Assembly (NCBI GenBank): GCA_029933005.1
Contig: JAOZOY010000005.1
Span: 10,940 to 74,939, forward strand
Source of the DNA: Deltaproteobacteria bacterium
Lineage (GTDB): Bacteria; Desulfobacterota; Desulfobulbia; Desulfobulbales; SURF-16
Length of the DNA: 64,000 bases
Direction of reading: 5' to 3'
The notes under the pieces are model-generated. The model was not told the DNA's origin. It saw nothing but the letters and a program-made list of their open reading frames with translations, and searched no databases. How positions within the stretch are numbered: position 1 is the stretch's first letter; each line of letters starts with the position of its first letter. Position numbers and translations under genes: made by a program. Shown here in pieces: positions 39,144-50,272 of this stretch.

Positions 39144-39176
39144 AAAAAAAGGCGCCGGTTTTTCCGACGCCTTTTT
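39144..39176 (-). terminator. Intrinsic terminator downstream of acs (A-run / hairpin / T-run, potentially bidirectional)
   Basis: aaaaaaa, then ggcgccgg, ttttt, ccgacgcc, then ttttt. The stem is 8 bp with one mismatch. Confidence 0.8.
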
Positions 39177-39197
39177 CAAGTATAAATGAGTGAAGTC

Positions 39198-41183
39198 TTA
39201 CTTATTGATTTCCTTGTTTCCGCCAACGAGAACATCAACAACCGACGGATCAGCCAAGGTTGAAGTGTCACCGAAGTCATCCTGGCCTGCGGCAATTTTA
39301 CGCAGGATCCGGCGCATGATTTTGCCGCTTCTGGTCTTAGGCAGGCCTTCAGAAAATTGGATAAACTCAGGAACTGCGATTGGCCCGATTTCCTTTCGGA
39401 CATGCAGCTTTAATGCTCCCCGTAGTTCGTCATCGCCTTCACGGCCGGCCTTGAGTGAAACATAAGCGTAGATGGTCTGGCCTTTGATTTCGTGGGGTGC
39501 GCCGACAACGGCTGCCTCTGCCACGGCCTCATGGGAAACCAGTGCGGATTCAATCTCGGCGGTGCCAAGGCGGTGGCCGGAGACATTAATAACATCATCA
39601 AGGCGGCCCATGATCCAGAAATAGCCGTCCTCATCCCTGCGGACCCCGTCTTCCGGATCGTAGATACCGGGATATTTTTCAAAGTAGGTCTTTTTGAACC
39701 GTTCCGGATCTTTGAAAATACCACGCAGCATGCCCGGCCATGGTTTTTTAATAACCAGATGACCACCTTCGTTGTCTGCCACCTCTTCGCCTGCTTCATT
39801 AAACACACTAAGATCAATGCCCGGCAGCGGAAAGGTGGCGGAGCCGGGTTTGAGCGGCGTTGCAAAGGGAAGGGCTGAGATCATAATGCCGCCGGTCTCG
39901 GTCTGCCACCATGTATCGACAATGGGCAGCTTAGAGCCACCGATATGATCATGATACCACATCCAGGCCTCGGGATTAATGGGTTCGCCCACAGTGCCCA
40001 AGAGACGCAGGGAGGAGAGATCATATGTCTGGGTCCATTTGTCGCCTTCACGCATCAGGGCCCTGATGACAGTGGGAGCCGTGTAGAAGATGTTGACTTT
40101 AAATTTTTCAACAATTTTCCAGAAGCGATCCGGAGCCGGATAGGAAGGTACGCCTTCGAACATTAAGGAAGTGGCGCCCAGGGCAAGAGGACCGTACAGA
40201 ATATAAGTATGCCCGGTAATCCAGCCGATGTCGGCGGTACACCAGTAAACATCGTCATCTTTAACATCAAAGACCCATTGGGTGGTATGGGCGGCATAGG
40301 TCAGGTAACCGCCGGTGGTATGCACGACGCCCTTGGGTTTGCCGGTGCTACCGCTGGTGTAGAGAATAAAAAGGATATCCTCAGCATCCATGCTTTCAGG
40401 CGGGCAGTCGTCGGTAATATCCTCAGCTGTCATGGCTTCATGCCACCAGAGATCGCGGCCTTCCTGCATGTTTACTTCGTTGCCGCCTCGTTTGACGATA
40501 ATACAATTTTGGACGGAATCACATTCCTGCAGGGCATTGTCGGCATTTGGCTTTAAGGGGATGGTCTTACCGGCTCGAATAACGGCGTCAGCCGTAATCA
40601 CCACCTTGGCCTCACAGTCCTGTACCCGGCTTTTCAGGCTCTGGGCGCTGAATCCGGCAAAGACCACGGAATGCATGGCGCCGATGCGGGCGCAGGCCAG
40701 CAGAGAAATGGACAGTTCGGGAATCATGGGCAGGTAAATGGAGACCCGGTCACCTTTCTGAACACCCAGTTTTTTCAAAACATTGGCAAACCGGCAGACC
40801 TCGCGATGCAGCATCTGATAGGTGTAGACTTTGACATCATCTTCTGGTTCACCCTGCCAGATCAAGGCTGCCTTGTTGCGGCGACCATCGGTTAAGTGAC
40901 GGTCAAGGCAGTTATAGGAGACATTTAATTTGCCGCCGTCAAACCATTTAATTTCCGGCTTATGGAGATCAGCGTCAAGTACACTATCCCATTTTTTATC
41001 CCAGGTGATCAGCTCCTCGGCCCGGTCGGCCCAGAAACCCTCGGGATCATCCATGGACCTTTGATAAAGGGCTCTGTATTCGTCCATGGATTTGACATAG
41101 GCGTCAGCCTGGCCGGCGGAAGGTGGTTCAAAAATACGCTCTTCTTTCATCAGGCTTTGAATTTCTTGTTCTTCGGTGCTCAT
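39198..41183 (-). CDS. acs: Acetyl-CoA synthetase (AMP-forming)
   Basis: '[12 protein letters not shown]', 'WWQTETGG', '[12 protein letters not shown]'. Confidence 0.95.
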   Translation of the reverse strand: MSTEEQEIQSLMKEERIFEPPSAGQADAYVKSMDEYRALYQRSMDDPEGFWADRAEELITWDKKWDSVLDADLHKPEIKWFDGGKLNVSYNCLDRHLTDGRRNKAALIWQGEPEDDVKVYTYQMLHREVCRFANVLKKLGVQKGDRVSIYLPMIPELSISLLACARIGAMHSVVFAGFSAQSLKSRVQDCEAKVVITADAVIRAGKTIPLKPNADNALQECDSVQNCIIVKRGGNEVNMQEGRDLWWHEAMTAEDITDDCPPESMDAEDILFILYTSGSTGKPKGVVHTTGGYLTYAAHTTQWVFDVKDDDVYWCTADIGWITGHTYILYGPLALGATSLMFEGVPSYPAPDRFWKIVEKFKVNIFYTAPTVIRALMREGDKWTQTYDLSSLRLLGTVGEPINPEAWMWYHDHIGGSKLPIVDTWWQTETGGIMISALPFATPLKPGSATFPLPGIDLSVFNEAGEEVADNEGGHLVIKKPWPGMLRGIFKDPERFKKTYFEKYPGIYDPEDGVRRDEDGYFWIMGRLDDVINVSGHRLGTAEIESALVSHEAVAEAAVVGAPHEIKGQTIYAYVSLKAGREGDDELRGALKLHVRKEIGPIAVPEFIQFSEGLPKTRSGKIMRRILRKIAAGQDDFGDTSTLADPSVVDVLVGGNKEINK

Positions 41184-41510
41184 TGTGCCTCCTGATCATG
41201 TTAAAAAATGCTATTGAGATTTCTTCTATTCCTGAAAAGTAATGAGGGGTTGAGTCGAAAGTCCCTTCAGTGATTAGTGAAAAAGGTTTCTTTTCAGGCG
41301 AAACCGGTAAAGTTACCCATAAAAATAACATCTTTTGATAATCAATCTCGTAAGAGAGGTCAAGCTAAAAAATAAGGATCTAGTTTTGGCAATTCTTCAA
41401 GAGTGCGAAAAAAAATTTTGGACTTTTATCCAAGAAACTGTCTAAAATTAAAGGGTGTTAAACGAACAACATAATAAGAATTCACAAAAAAACGCATACA
41501 CGACAGAACA

Positions 41511-42707
41511 TTGAAAAAAAATAAAACATTTATTTCGTTAATTTCATGGATATTAGGGGGCATTTTTTTTCTACCTGCTGCGGCAACGCACGTTAAGGCT
41601 GATTGTGGCGTACCGGTGAAAATGATAGAAGCGAGCAGGTTGCCCAAGATGACGGATTTTTCCCTTTTGTCTCTGGAGCAGGCCGTTCAGGCAAGCCTGA
41701 CTTATTACCACCGTCTTCCTGCTGAGCGGAAATTTCAGATCTGCGATAGAACCCTGACTGCCGCGGACCAGATTCTCGCCTTGGAGAATTTTTTGACCGT
41801 AGTCAGAAAGAGCGGAACTCCTGCTGAATTGTGGACGAAGGTCAAAGAGCAATTCGACTTTTGCCGGCCTGCTGGTATCGAGATGCTTGTCACCGGCTAT
41901 TATGAACCCATTTTTGACGGATCTCTGCAAAAAAATGATACTTATTCGTATCCATTATACTCCCTGCCACCGGATCTGATCGTCCGCGGCCAGGATGATA
42001 AAAAAAAGGTGGGGCGGCTGGAGAATGGATCATTTGTTCCGTACTGGAGCCGGGAAGAAATTGAAAAGAAAAATCTACTGGCCGGTCTGGAACTGGTCTA
42101 CCTGTCCGACCCTTTTGAAGTTTTTCTGCTGCATATTCAGGGTTCCGGAAGAATCAGACTGGAGGATGGCACAACGAGACTGGTTCGTTACGGGGGGAGT
42201 AACGGCAGACAGTACACGAGCATCGGTAAGGTGCTGGCGGACAGAGGGAAATTGTCGCCGGCTGAAATCGATATGGAAGCCATTACCCGCTATCTTCATC
42301 AACACCAGGATGAGATGGAGGGAATTCTCCATGCAAATAACCGGTTTATTTTTTTTATCATGTCCAAGGTGGATGAAAAATCGGCGGCTGCCGCTCCGTC
42401 GGGAAGTCTCGGTCAGTCGCTGACCCCGGGATATTCCGTTGCTCTGGATCAGCATTGCTATCCCGCCGGGGCAGTGGCTTTGCTGGTCACGGATTACCCC
42501 CTTGTTGACGAAAATGGCGGAGTGAAAGGCTGGACGGATCTGGCTCGTTTTGTCTTGAATCAGGACAGCGGATCGGCGATCAAAGGCTTACGGCGAGTTG
42601 ATCTTTTCCTGGGAAGCGGATCTGAAGCCGAGTTTGCGGCAGGAATGATGAAACAGTCTGGAAGACTTTATTTTCTGGTCGAAAAGACCGCTAAGGAGGA
42701 AAAATGA
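41511..42707 (+). CDS. mltA: Membrane-bound lytic murein transglycosylase A (MltA), TTG start
   Basis: A signal peptide, MltA-specific region and 3D domain 'QDSGSAIKGLRRVDLFLG'. Confidence 0.85.
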   Translation: MKKNKTFISLISWILGGIFFLPAAATHVKADCGVPVKMIEASRLPKMTDFSLLSLEQAVQASLTYYHRLPAERKFQICDRTLTAADQILALENFLTVVRKSGTPAELWTKVKEQFDFCRPAGIEMLVTGYYEPIFDGSLQKNDTYSYPLYSLPPDLIVRGQDDKKKVGRLENGSFVPYWSREEIEKKNLLAGLELVYLSDPFEVFLLHIQGSGRIRLEDGTTRLVRYGGSNGRQYTSIGKVLADRGKLSPAEIDMEAITRYLHQHQDEMEGILHANNRFIFFIMSKVDEKSAAAAPSGSLGQSLTPGYSVALDQHCYPAGAVALLVTDYPLVDENGGVKGWTDLARFVLNQDSGSAIKGLRRVDLFLGSGSEAEFAAGMMKQSGRLYFLVEKTAKEEK

Positions 42708-43882
42708 AACAACCTGAGATTGATTACTGGATTGCCACGATGCTTGAGACATATGACAATGTATCGGATCTCAATATAACGGTGGGAAAGCCCCTGCAGG
42801 TTGAATCCGCCGGTCAGCTTAAACCGGTCATGGTGAAGCCTGAAGTTATGGAACTGACACCTTTTCAGGCCGAGGTGTTTGCTTTAAACGTGATTGGCCG
42901 CGATAAGAGACTTTTAGGCCACCTGGTGGAATCAGGCTCCTGTGACCTCTCGTACTTTCTTGGCCGTAAAGCCAGGTTCAGGGTTAATATTTTTTCACAG
43001 AAAAAGAATTTGACCACGGTACTCAGGAAACTGCCCACCGAGATTCCCTCCATTGCTGGTTTGAACCTTCCTCGAGTCACGAATAAAATGGCAACCGAAT
43101 TAAACGGAATGATTTTGGTCACCGGCGCCACGGGTTCGGGTAAATCGACAACCCTGGCCGCCATTTTGAGAAAAATTAATCATGAGAAGTCAGTCCATGT
43201 AGTCACTCTTGAGGATCCCATCGAGTTTGTTCATCCTCATATTAAAGCCACCTTTAATCAGCGGGAGCTTGGTAATGATTTTGATCAGTTTTCCACGGGA
43301 CTGAGGGCTGCCTTGCGCCAGGCTCCCAAGGTTATCCTGGTGGGCGAGATGCGCGACAGGGAAACCATGGAGATCGGTCTGAGCGCCTCGGAGACCGGTC
43401 ATCTTGTTTTAAGTACTCTGCATACGGTTGATGCCGGCTCCACCATTAACCGTTGCCTGGGTATGTTTGATCACGAGGAACAGCCGCAGATCAGGAATCG
43501 GCTGGTTGATACCCTGCGCTGGGTCGTCTGTCAGAGACTGTTGCCCAAAGTGGGGGGAGGGAGGGTCGCTGCCTTTGAGATCATGGGAATGAACCTGCGG
43601 GTCCAGGAGGTTGTTCTCCATGGTGAGTCCGAGGGGAAAACTTTTTACGAGATTATCGAGGCCGGCACGGCCATGGGCTGGTCAACTTTTGATCAGTATA
43701 TTCTCAAACTCTATGAACGAGGTCTGGTGACCGAGGAAATCGCCATGAGCTACTGTACCCGCAGCAGTTCCGTGGGCCGCGGCCTTGACCAGATCAAGGC
43801 GGCCAAGGGCGAGTCCACCACTGGTATTACCGGGCTGGCCATGGAACAAGAAAAAAAACAAGATATTTTTAACGGAATGTGA
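42704..43882 (+). CDS. pilT: Type IV pilus retraction ATPase (PilT/PilU family)
   Basis: Walker A 'GATGSGKSTT', Walker B 'VILVGEMRD', 'GHLVLSTLHT'. Confidence 0.88.
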   Translation: MKQPEIDYWIATMLETYDNVSDLNITVGKPLQVESAGQLKPVMVKPEVMELTPFQAEVFALNVIGRDKRLLGHLVESGSCDLSYFLGRKARFRVNIFSQKKNLTTVLRKLPTEIPSIAGLNLPRVTNKMATELNGMILVTGATGSGKSTTLAAILRKINHEKSVHVVTLEDPIEFVHPHIKATFNQRELGNDFDQFSTGLRAALRQAPKVILVGEMRDRETMEIGLSASETGHLVLSTLHTVDAGSTINRCLGMFDHEEQPQIRNRLVDTLRWVVCQRLLPKVGGGRVAAFEIMGMNLRVQEVVLHGESEGKTFYEIIEAGTAMGWSTFDQYILKLYERGLVTEEIAMSYCTRSSSVGRGLDQIKAAKGESTTGITGLAMEQEKKQDIFNGM

Positions 43883-43928
43883 TATCGGCGGCCGGAAGCG
43901 GCTGATTTTTACTTTACCTTTAGCTTTC

Positions 43929-43984
43929 AAAATTGATGGTCTCGTAAAAGCTGAGTTTTTACAAGACCATCAATTTTGTTTTTG
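43929..43984 (+). terminator. Intrinsic terminator after pilT
   Basis: A perfect 14-bp stem, aaaattgatggtct (43929-43942) with agaccatcaatttt (43964-43977), followed by gtttttg. Confidence 0.75.
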
Positions 43985-44024
43985 AACATCTGAGTTGTTT
44001 CATTTAAAATTTGTGGAGATTGTG

Positions 44025-44759
44025 ATGATTGCCGAATGCCCCCATTGTCAGCATCCATTAAAGCTGACAGAGAACCAGCTTGCTACAATTGAAAAGGCCC
44101 TTGCCGAGCTGCAGCCTGAAAAAATTTTAAAACTGGGCTGTCCCCATTGCAAAACGGCTATTGAACTGGACAGGGACGGTTCGACGGCCGTCAGGGAAAA
44201 ACAGCCTCCAGGAAGTTCCGCTGGATTGGCAGCCAAAAAGGAGCAGGAATCTAAGGGGCCGCCTGTTCCGCCGGCAGAGCCTGATATCGATTGGCTGAAA
44301 AGCGGCGAATTAGAAGAAAAAGAAATGCTTGGTGATGTGACCCAGGTGATGATTTTAATGTCGGCCAGTGAGTTACGAGATCAAATCGTTTCTGTCTTTG
44401 AAAATAAAGGATACAAACCTGTTTATCCCAAGTCCGCCGCCGATGCGATTAACCGAATGCGTTTTGTTCATTTTGCGGCCGTTGTGCTGAATGTCAATTT
44501 TGAAGGGAATCTCGCCTCCTCGGTTTTTCATCAACACATGAGGGCTCTGTTGATGACCCGGCGTCGCTCGATTTATTATGTGCTGATCGGACCTGATTTT
44601 CATACTCTGTACGATCTTGAGGCCTTGTCAAACAGCGCCAACCTGGTGGTCAATGAGAGCGAGATTGGCCAGTTCAGCTTGATTTTGAAAAAAGGTATGC
44701 AGGACTATGATGACCTTTTCGGGCTTTATCTTAAGATATTGAATGAGCATGGCCGGTAA
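44025..44759 (+). CDS. Zinc-ribbon protein with a C-terminal receiver-like (pseudo-REC) domain
   Basis: The ATG at 44025 follows GGAG. 'CPHCQH...CPHCKT' forms a 4-Cys ribbon. The C-terminal ~130 aa have a CheY-like alpha/beta pattern. Confidence 0.55.
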   Translation: MIAECPHCQHPLKLTENQLATIEKALAELQPEKILKLGCPHCKTAIELDRDGSTAVREKQPPGSSAGLAAKKEQESKGPPVPPAEPDIDWLKSGELEEKEMLGDVTQVMILMSASELRDQIVSVFENKGYKPVYPKSAADAINRMRFVHFAAVVLNVNFEGNLASSVFHQHMRALLMTRRRSIYYVLIGPDFHTLYDLEALSNSANLVVNESEIGQFSLILKKGMQDYDDLFGLYLKILNEHGR

Positions 44760-44893
44760 TGATCCGTGTGGCATAATATGGGCTTAACTGTTGCTCAATT
44801 ACCTGCCATGTTTAAACTGTTTTCATAGTAATTTTCAAAAAGGTTCTTGATTGACGGGCCTTTTGTCAGCTCAAATCTGAATTTTTACACATT

Positions 44894-45865
44894 TTATATC
44901 CCACACATCTCAAAAAGAAGCCTGATTGCCAGAAACAGGAGTGCTGCCAGGGCCGATGTCAACAGCATGATCCTGATGGCTTGCCAAATATGAAGATGGT
45001 TGATGGGTTCATCTGCGTCACCCAGAGTCGGTTTGGCCACAGTTTTGCCAAAATAGCTGCTTGATCCGCCGAGTTGGATGCCAAGCGCCCCGGCCACCGC
45101 AGCCTCGGAATGTCCGGAGTTCGGGCTGGCATGTTTTTTCCGGTCCCGGATCAATATCTCCAATGATTTTTTGGCATTGAGGCCAAGAATAAAGGAAGCT
45201 ACCGGAACGAGGAGTCCGGTGAGTCGGGCCGGGATAAAGTTGGCAAGATCATCCAGCCTGGCTGAAGCCCAGCCGAATTCCATGTATTTTTCATTTTTGT
45301 AACCGAACATGGAGTCGCCTGTGTTGATCGCTTTATAGAGCATGGCGCCCACAGGACCGGCCAGGATTCCATAAAAGAGTGGGGCGGTCACACCGTCCAC
45401 CATGTTTTCCGCCACGCTCTCCACGGTTGCCCGGCTGACGCCTGCCTGGTCAAGTCTGTTCGTGTCACGGCCGACGATCATGGCGACTCTCTGCCTGGCC
45501 TGGATTAGATCATTGTCCCGGAGGGCGTCGTAAACTTCTTTGCTATGTTCGGTTAAATCTCTGGCGGCAAGCGTGGTGTAGAGAAGAAAAATGCCAGTCA
45601 GGTGGCCTAGCAGGGGGTGGAGCCATTTTGCGGCTCGGAGCAGGGCCGTCACACTCAGTCCGGTTATCAGCAATAGAAAGACAAGGGTCAATAGTCCCGC
45701 CAGCCGCTTATTGCGGATAAAGCGGCGGGAGATGTTTTCAGTTATTGTGGCCAGAGCGCCGATGAGCCGGACCGGATGGGGGAACCAGTGTGGATCGCCG
45801 AGGAGAAGGTCGAGCAGGATGGCCCCAAAGGGATAAAGAATAATGGTGGAACAATGAATATCCAT
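44894..45865 (-). CDS. cbiB: Adenosylcobinamide-phosphate synthase CbiB/CobD
   Basis: 'HPVRLIG', 'ENMVDGVTAPLFY', 'HASPNSG'. The protein is polytopic. Confidence 0.88.
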   Translation of the reverse strand: MDIHCSTIILYPFGAILLDLLLGDPHWFPHPVRLIGALATITENISRRFIRNKRLAGLLTLVFLLLITGLSVTALLRAAKWLHPLLGHLTGIFLLYTTLAARDLTEHSKEVYDALRDNDLIQARQRVAMIVGRDTNRLDQAGVSRATVESVAENMVDGVTAPLFYGILAGPVGAMLYKAINTGDSMFGYKNEKYMEFGWASARLDDLANFIPARLTGLLVPVASFILGLNAKKSLEILIRDRKKHASPNSGHSEAAVAGALGIQLGGSSSYFGKTVAKPTLGDADEPINHLHIWQAIRIMLLTSALAALLFLAIRLLFEMCGI

Positions 45866-45892
45866 TATGTTCTGAATATGGATGAGACCGGT

Positions 45893-46645
45893 TTAAGAGC
45901 CTGATTCCGGAGCTGGTTCGTTGGGTTTGTTGCTTTTGGCCGCGAGTGCTTCGATTTTTTTACCGATCTGGCCGGGAGTAATGGCGCAGGAAGCGGCAAT
46001 TTCACTCCAGCTTTGTCCCTTGTCCTGATAATCGGTTGCCAGTTCTTCCGGTAACCTGCCACATTCATGAGACAGAGCAAGCAGCACAACAATCATTTTG
46101 TCGTTGAGACCATTTGCGCGAAATTTTTTTATTTTATTTTCACTTACACTGAAACAGCCTTCGATCACCGCAGAACTTGCCTGGGCAGTCGCTGATTCTT
46201 CATTGCCGGCGCTGAGCGCAAGCACGACTTTATCCTTTTTCCGGCTTGAATTGATTTCAATGGAACTGACAATTTGCTGCCAGGAAAGACCGGTTGCACG
46301 TTTTTTGAGAAATTGATGAAAGTTTGCATCAAGAATGCGGGACAAGTAAAGGGCTGTAACCAGATCTGCAGAACCGACGCCATGCTGCATCTTCAGCATG
46401 ATGATTGATTTTTTGGAAACAGGGTACATCCCAGCCAGAAGAGAGTTGAAGCCGGTTGCCAGCATATAGTCGTCTGCGGCAAATTTCCGGCTTGCATTGT
46501 ACTCGCGGTTTTGAAAGCAATGACAGTTGATAGCTGACTCTGCCCGGCAGGGTTCTGCCAGGCAGAGAAATGGTGCAATCAACACCATCAGGATTTTGAG
46601 AGCATTGAGACACGGTGAAAAGAGTTTTTGTTTATTGATTTTCAT
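45893..46645 (-). CDS. Secreted hypothetical protein
   Basis: Signal peptide 'ALKILMVLIAPFLCLAEPCRA'. No family was recognised. Confidence 0.5.
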   Translation of the reverse strand: MKINKQKLFSPCLNALKILMVLIAPFLCLAEPCRAESAINCHCFQNREYNASRKFAADDYMLATGFNSLLAGMYPVSKKSIIMLKMQHGVGSADLVTALYLSRILDANFHQFLKKRATGLSWQQIVSSIEINSSRKKDKVVLALSAGNEESATAQASSAVIEGCFSVSENKIKKFRANGLNDKMIVVLLALSHECGRLPEELATDYQDKGQSWSEIAASCAITPGQIGKKIEALAAKSNKPNEPAPESGS

Positions 46646-46671
46646 CTCTAAAAGATAAATTTGATGAATGA

Positions 46672-48075
46672 CTAAAGAAGATCTCTAACCTCACGTCCTT
46701 CCTTCATGTCAGTTCCTTCCAGATAACGTTTAATGGATTCGGCGGCCACCTTGCCCTGATAGACGGCCTTGGCTGCAGTCTGGGGACCGAGTACGGCATC
46801 TCCGGCGGCAAAAATCCAATCCACCGAGGTCTGCATGGTCTCATGATCAACCACATAGGTGCCCCAGTTGGTCGTTTCGAAATCAATACCTTTATCGGCA
46901 AGATGGTTGACATTCTGACTGATGGCCGGAATGATGGCATCTGCGTCGATCATAAAATTCGACCCCTCTATCACCACAGGACGGCAGCGGCCTGAAGTGT
47001 CGCACTCACCAAGTTTCATGCGCAGGCATTCAATTTTTGTTAACTTGCCGTTTTCTCCGTGAATCTTGATCGGAGCAGCCAGTATTTCGATTTTAACGCC
47101 CTCTTCTTCAAGATGGTCGATTTCGGCTTTGGACGCCGGCATTTCTGCCTTGGTGCGGCGGTAGAGGATAAAGACCTTGTCCGAGCCGGTTCTCAAGGCT
47201 GTTCTGGCCACATCTATTGCGACATTTCCGCCGCCGACCACCACAACGTTTTTGCCCAGATTCAGTTTTTTGCCCAGGTTCACGCGACGCAGGTAATCAA
47301 CGCCATGAAGAACACCATCGAGATCCTCACCCTCAATACCGAGCTTTCTGCTGTCATGGGCGCCAACAGCAGTAAATACCGCGTCATACTCCTCATGCAG
47401 CTGTTCAAGGGTTATATCCTTGCCGATAGTTACATTATTTTTCACTGTTACGCCACAGCTTTTCAGGGCGTCAAATTCGGCTTTGATAATATCACGCGGC
47501 AAACGGTAGGCAGGGATTCCCACAGTCAACATGCCACCATCAACAGGCAGGCTTTCAAAGATTGTGCAAGGATACCCCTCGTGGGCAAGATAATAGGCCA
47601 CGGTCATGCCGGCCGGGCCGGAACCGACAATGGCTACTTTTTTATTTTGTGGCAGGGCGCATTGGCGGGAGAGATCCTTGCCATTGGCTACCATCCAGTC
47701 GACGATGTAGCGCTCCAGCATGCCGATTGCAACCGGATCACCCTTTTTACCGCGCACACAGGAGCCTTCGCATTGAAATTCGTGGGGACAAACCCGGGAA
47801 CAGACAGCCGGGAGTGAGCTTTTATCCCGAATGACCCAGTAGGCCTCTTCAATTTTTCCGTCCCGCAGCAGGGAAATAAACTCCGGAATCCTGTTGTTAA
47901 TAGGACATCCGGTTCGGCAGGTCGGCTTTTTGCATTGTAGGCAGCGATTTGCCTCCCGCACCGCGGTTTCTTCGTCAAATCCCGCAGTCACCTCTTCAAA
48001 ATTGGTAATACGATAGGCCACATCGAGTTCATCAGGCTGTTGCCGTTCTATAGCCATACGTTCTTTTGGTTTCAT
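46672..48075 (-). CDS. NADPH-dependent glutamate-synthase small-subunit-like oxidoreductase (GltD/SudA family)
   Basis: The ATG at 48075 follows GGAGG. Fe-S motif 'CLQCKKPTCRTGCP'. Dinucleotide folds 'VAIVGSGPAGMT' and 'VVVVGGGNVAID'. Confidence 0.85.
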   Translation of the reverse strand: MKPKERMAIERQQPDELDVAYRITNFEEVTAGFDEETAVREANRCLQCKKPTCRTGCPINNRIPEFISLLRDGKIEEAYWVIRDKSSLPAVCSRVCPHEFQCEGSCVRGKKGDPVAIGMLERYIVDWMVANGKDLSRQCALPQNKKVAIVGSGPAGMTVAYYLAHEGYPCTIFESLPVDGGMLTVGIPAYRLPRDIIKAEFDALKSCGVTVKNNVTIGKDITLEQLHEEYDAVFTAVGAHDSRKLGIEGEDLDGVLHGVDYLRRVNLGKKLNLGKNVVVVGGGNVAIDVARTALRTGSDKVFILYRRTKAEMPASKAEIDHLEEEGVKIEILAAPIKIHGENGKLTKIECLRMKLGECDTSGRCRPVVIEGSNFMIDADAIIPAISQNVNHLADKGIDFETTNWGTYVVDHETMQTSVDWIFAAGDAVLGPQTAAKAVYQGKVAAESIKRYLEGTDMKEGREVRDLL

Positions 48076-48354
48076 TGCACCTCCTTCTCTTCGATCAATG
48101 AGAAAACGAAAAAGTTGAATAGTCAGATAATTTGATCTCAACCGGGAAACAGCGCGGGGAAGAGATTTTAGAATTTTTCATCCGGGGGATGGTATGCGTA
48201 ATTATACGGATAATCAGCAGGTTACACTAAGGAAGGGAAGGGTAATACGTTTTGAATTTGTTTTCATTAGTAAAATGGATTTTTTATAAAAAAGTAAGCG
48301 TTCACCAGCACCCCAGCTTCGCGCGATCAGGCTGGTTCATAGATGAACGGTTAC

Positions 48355-48388
48355 AAAAAAAAGGCTGCAGGTAAATAACCTGCAGCCT
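48355..48388 (-). terminator. Intrinsic terminator after atpE
   Basis: A perfect 10-bp stem, aggctgcagg (48362-48371) with cctgcagcct (48379-48388). A T-run follows on the minus strand. Confidence 0.85.
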
Positions 48389-48432
48389 TGAAGATGCAAC
48401 ATTATCAGGGGATCAGCCCCTGATTTTCTCTT

Positions 48433-48825
<393 letters not shown>

Positions 48826-48835
48826 TTAAAACTTA

Positions 48836-49558
48836 TCAATGAGCGTGCTCAATCGCACCTTTACAGTAGATCAAGGTCAGCAGTACAAAAACCATTGTCT
48901 GGACAACGGAAACCAGGACGCCAAGGCAGAGAATTGGCAGAGGTCCGAAGTAGGCGCCGGCCAGCAGGAACAAGATTCCCAGTAGAGTTTCTTTCGCCAT
49001 GATGTTACCGAAAAGACGAATGGAGAGAGAAAGAAGACGGGCAATATTACTGACGATCTCAATAGGAAGCATGAGCGGGATCAGAGGAATCATGGGGCCT
49101 GTAAAATGTTTGATGTATTTGATGCCATGAATTTTAAGACCCAGAAAATGATGAACAACCCAGACAATAACGGTGCATCCCAAGGTGATATTAATGCTGG
49201 AAGTCGGAGACATGAAACCCGGCATTAATCCAATGAGATTGGCGACAAGGATATAAAGGGCAAATGTCGTAATAAGGGGATAAAGAGCTTTAGCGTAATG
49301 TTCTCCCAGCATTTCTTCATAAAAATCAGCCAGGAATCCTAAAATAGCTTCCCAAAAATTCTGACCTTTACCGGGGATTAATTCCATATTTCCCAACGTT
49401 AGTTTCGGCATAATGATCAAAAACGCCATAACCAGCCACGTATAGGTCATGTATGGCTCACATAGCTTTTCAAGCATCGTATGGCCGACTGGGCCATGCG
49501 GTATCGGTAGTCCCAATTTTTCCAATATAATTGAAATAAATAGTATTGGATGTTCCAT
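48836..49558 (-). CDS. atpB: F0F1 ATP synthase subunit a
   Basis: 'LSLSIRLFGNIMA', the essential-Arg helix. The protein is polytopic. Confidence 0.9.
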   Translation of the reverse strand: MEHPILFISIILEKLGLPIPHGPVGHTMLEKLCEPYMTYTWLVMAFLIIMPKLTLGNMELIPGKGQNFWEAILGFLADFYEEMLGEHYAKALYPLITTFALYILVANLIGLMPGFMSPTSSINITLGCTVIVWVVHHFLGLKIHGIKYIKHFTGPMIPLIPLMLPIEIVSNIARLLSLSIRLFGNIMAKETLLGILFLLAGAYFGPLPILCLGVLVSVVQTMVFVLLTLIYCKGAIEHAH

Positions 49559-49561
49559 AAG

Positions 49562-49969
49562 TTACGAAGCCTCCTCCAGATTAAAAAAAATTCTTTTTGT
49601 CTCAGGTGCCACCGTGATGCCGATACTGAAGAGCACGGTGGACAACCCGACTAGTAATCCGCCAATATGTACTTTGCCGTATTTGACTGCGCAATACAGA
49701 ATAACAGCAATTAATGATAATCTTGCATAATATTTTATTAGAAAACGACCCTTCATTACCGTCATCGGTCCTTGCATCAGATGGATCATATCTCTTCTCG
49801 TTATCTCGAAGCTGACACAGGAAATCAGGCTGCCGATAAAAATTGCCTGGCCTACCTCTACGGAAAATACTAACAAAGCGACCAAGCTCATAATAACCAT
49901 TAACAGCAAGTTATAAAGCCGAATTTTGTTCAAAGAAATATCTGGAATATCATGTGATTGATTAATCAT
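49562..49969 (-). CDS. atpI: ATP synthase protein I (AtpI-like)
   Basis: A 135-aa four-TM protein in the canonical position upstream of atpB. Confidence 0.6.
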   Translation of the reverse strand: MINQSHDIPDISLNKIRLYNLLLMVIMSLVALLVFSVEVGQAIFIGSLISCVSFEITRRDMIHLMQGPMTVMKGRFLIKYYARLSLIAVILYCAVKYGKVHIGGLLVGLSTVLFSIGITVAPETKRIFFNLEEAS

Positions 49970-50196
49970 TGCAACTCTTTTCGCTTGGATATTTGATAAA
50001 TATTTTTAAAGGCTGCCGCAATACCAATTCCTAAAAAAATAAAGGTAAACCAAGGCGTCGTTTTACCGTCGAATACCTTGTTGTCCAAGTAGTAGCCAAA
50101 ACCGACACCTATAAAAATAGAGAAGGCCACCGTCATGCCGATCGTGCTGAAATCCGTCAGCATGTTAAATACTTCTTTACGTTGTTTACTGGGCAT
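49966..50196 (-). CDS. AtpZ/AtpI-family small membrane protein
   Basis: 76 aa with two TM segments. It overlaps atpI by 4 nt. Confidence 0.6.
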   Translation of the reverse strand: MPSKQRKEVFNMLTDFSTIGMTVAFSIFIGVGFGYYLDNKVFDGKTTPWFTFIFLGIGIAAAFKNIYQISKRKELQ

Positions 50197-50272
50197 AACC
50201 TTCTCTCTTTAGAAAGCCAGCTAAATTTGGCAGAATTTTTAGCATGGTATCATGGCAAAGTCAACGGCTTTT

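Noticed and set aside
48404-48424. Hairpin atcagggg-atcag-cccctgat followed by a T-rich run on the plus strand, considered as a terminator
   Set aside because: No plus-strand gene ends upstream of it. On the minus strand it lacks a U-tract, and the adjacent 10-bp hairpin at 48362-48388 is the better atpE terminator.
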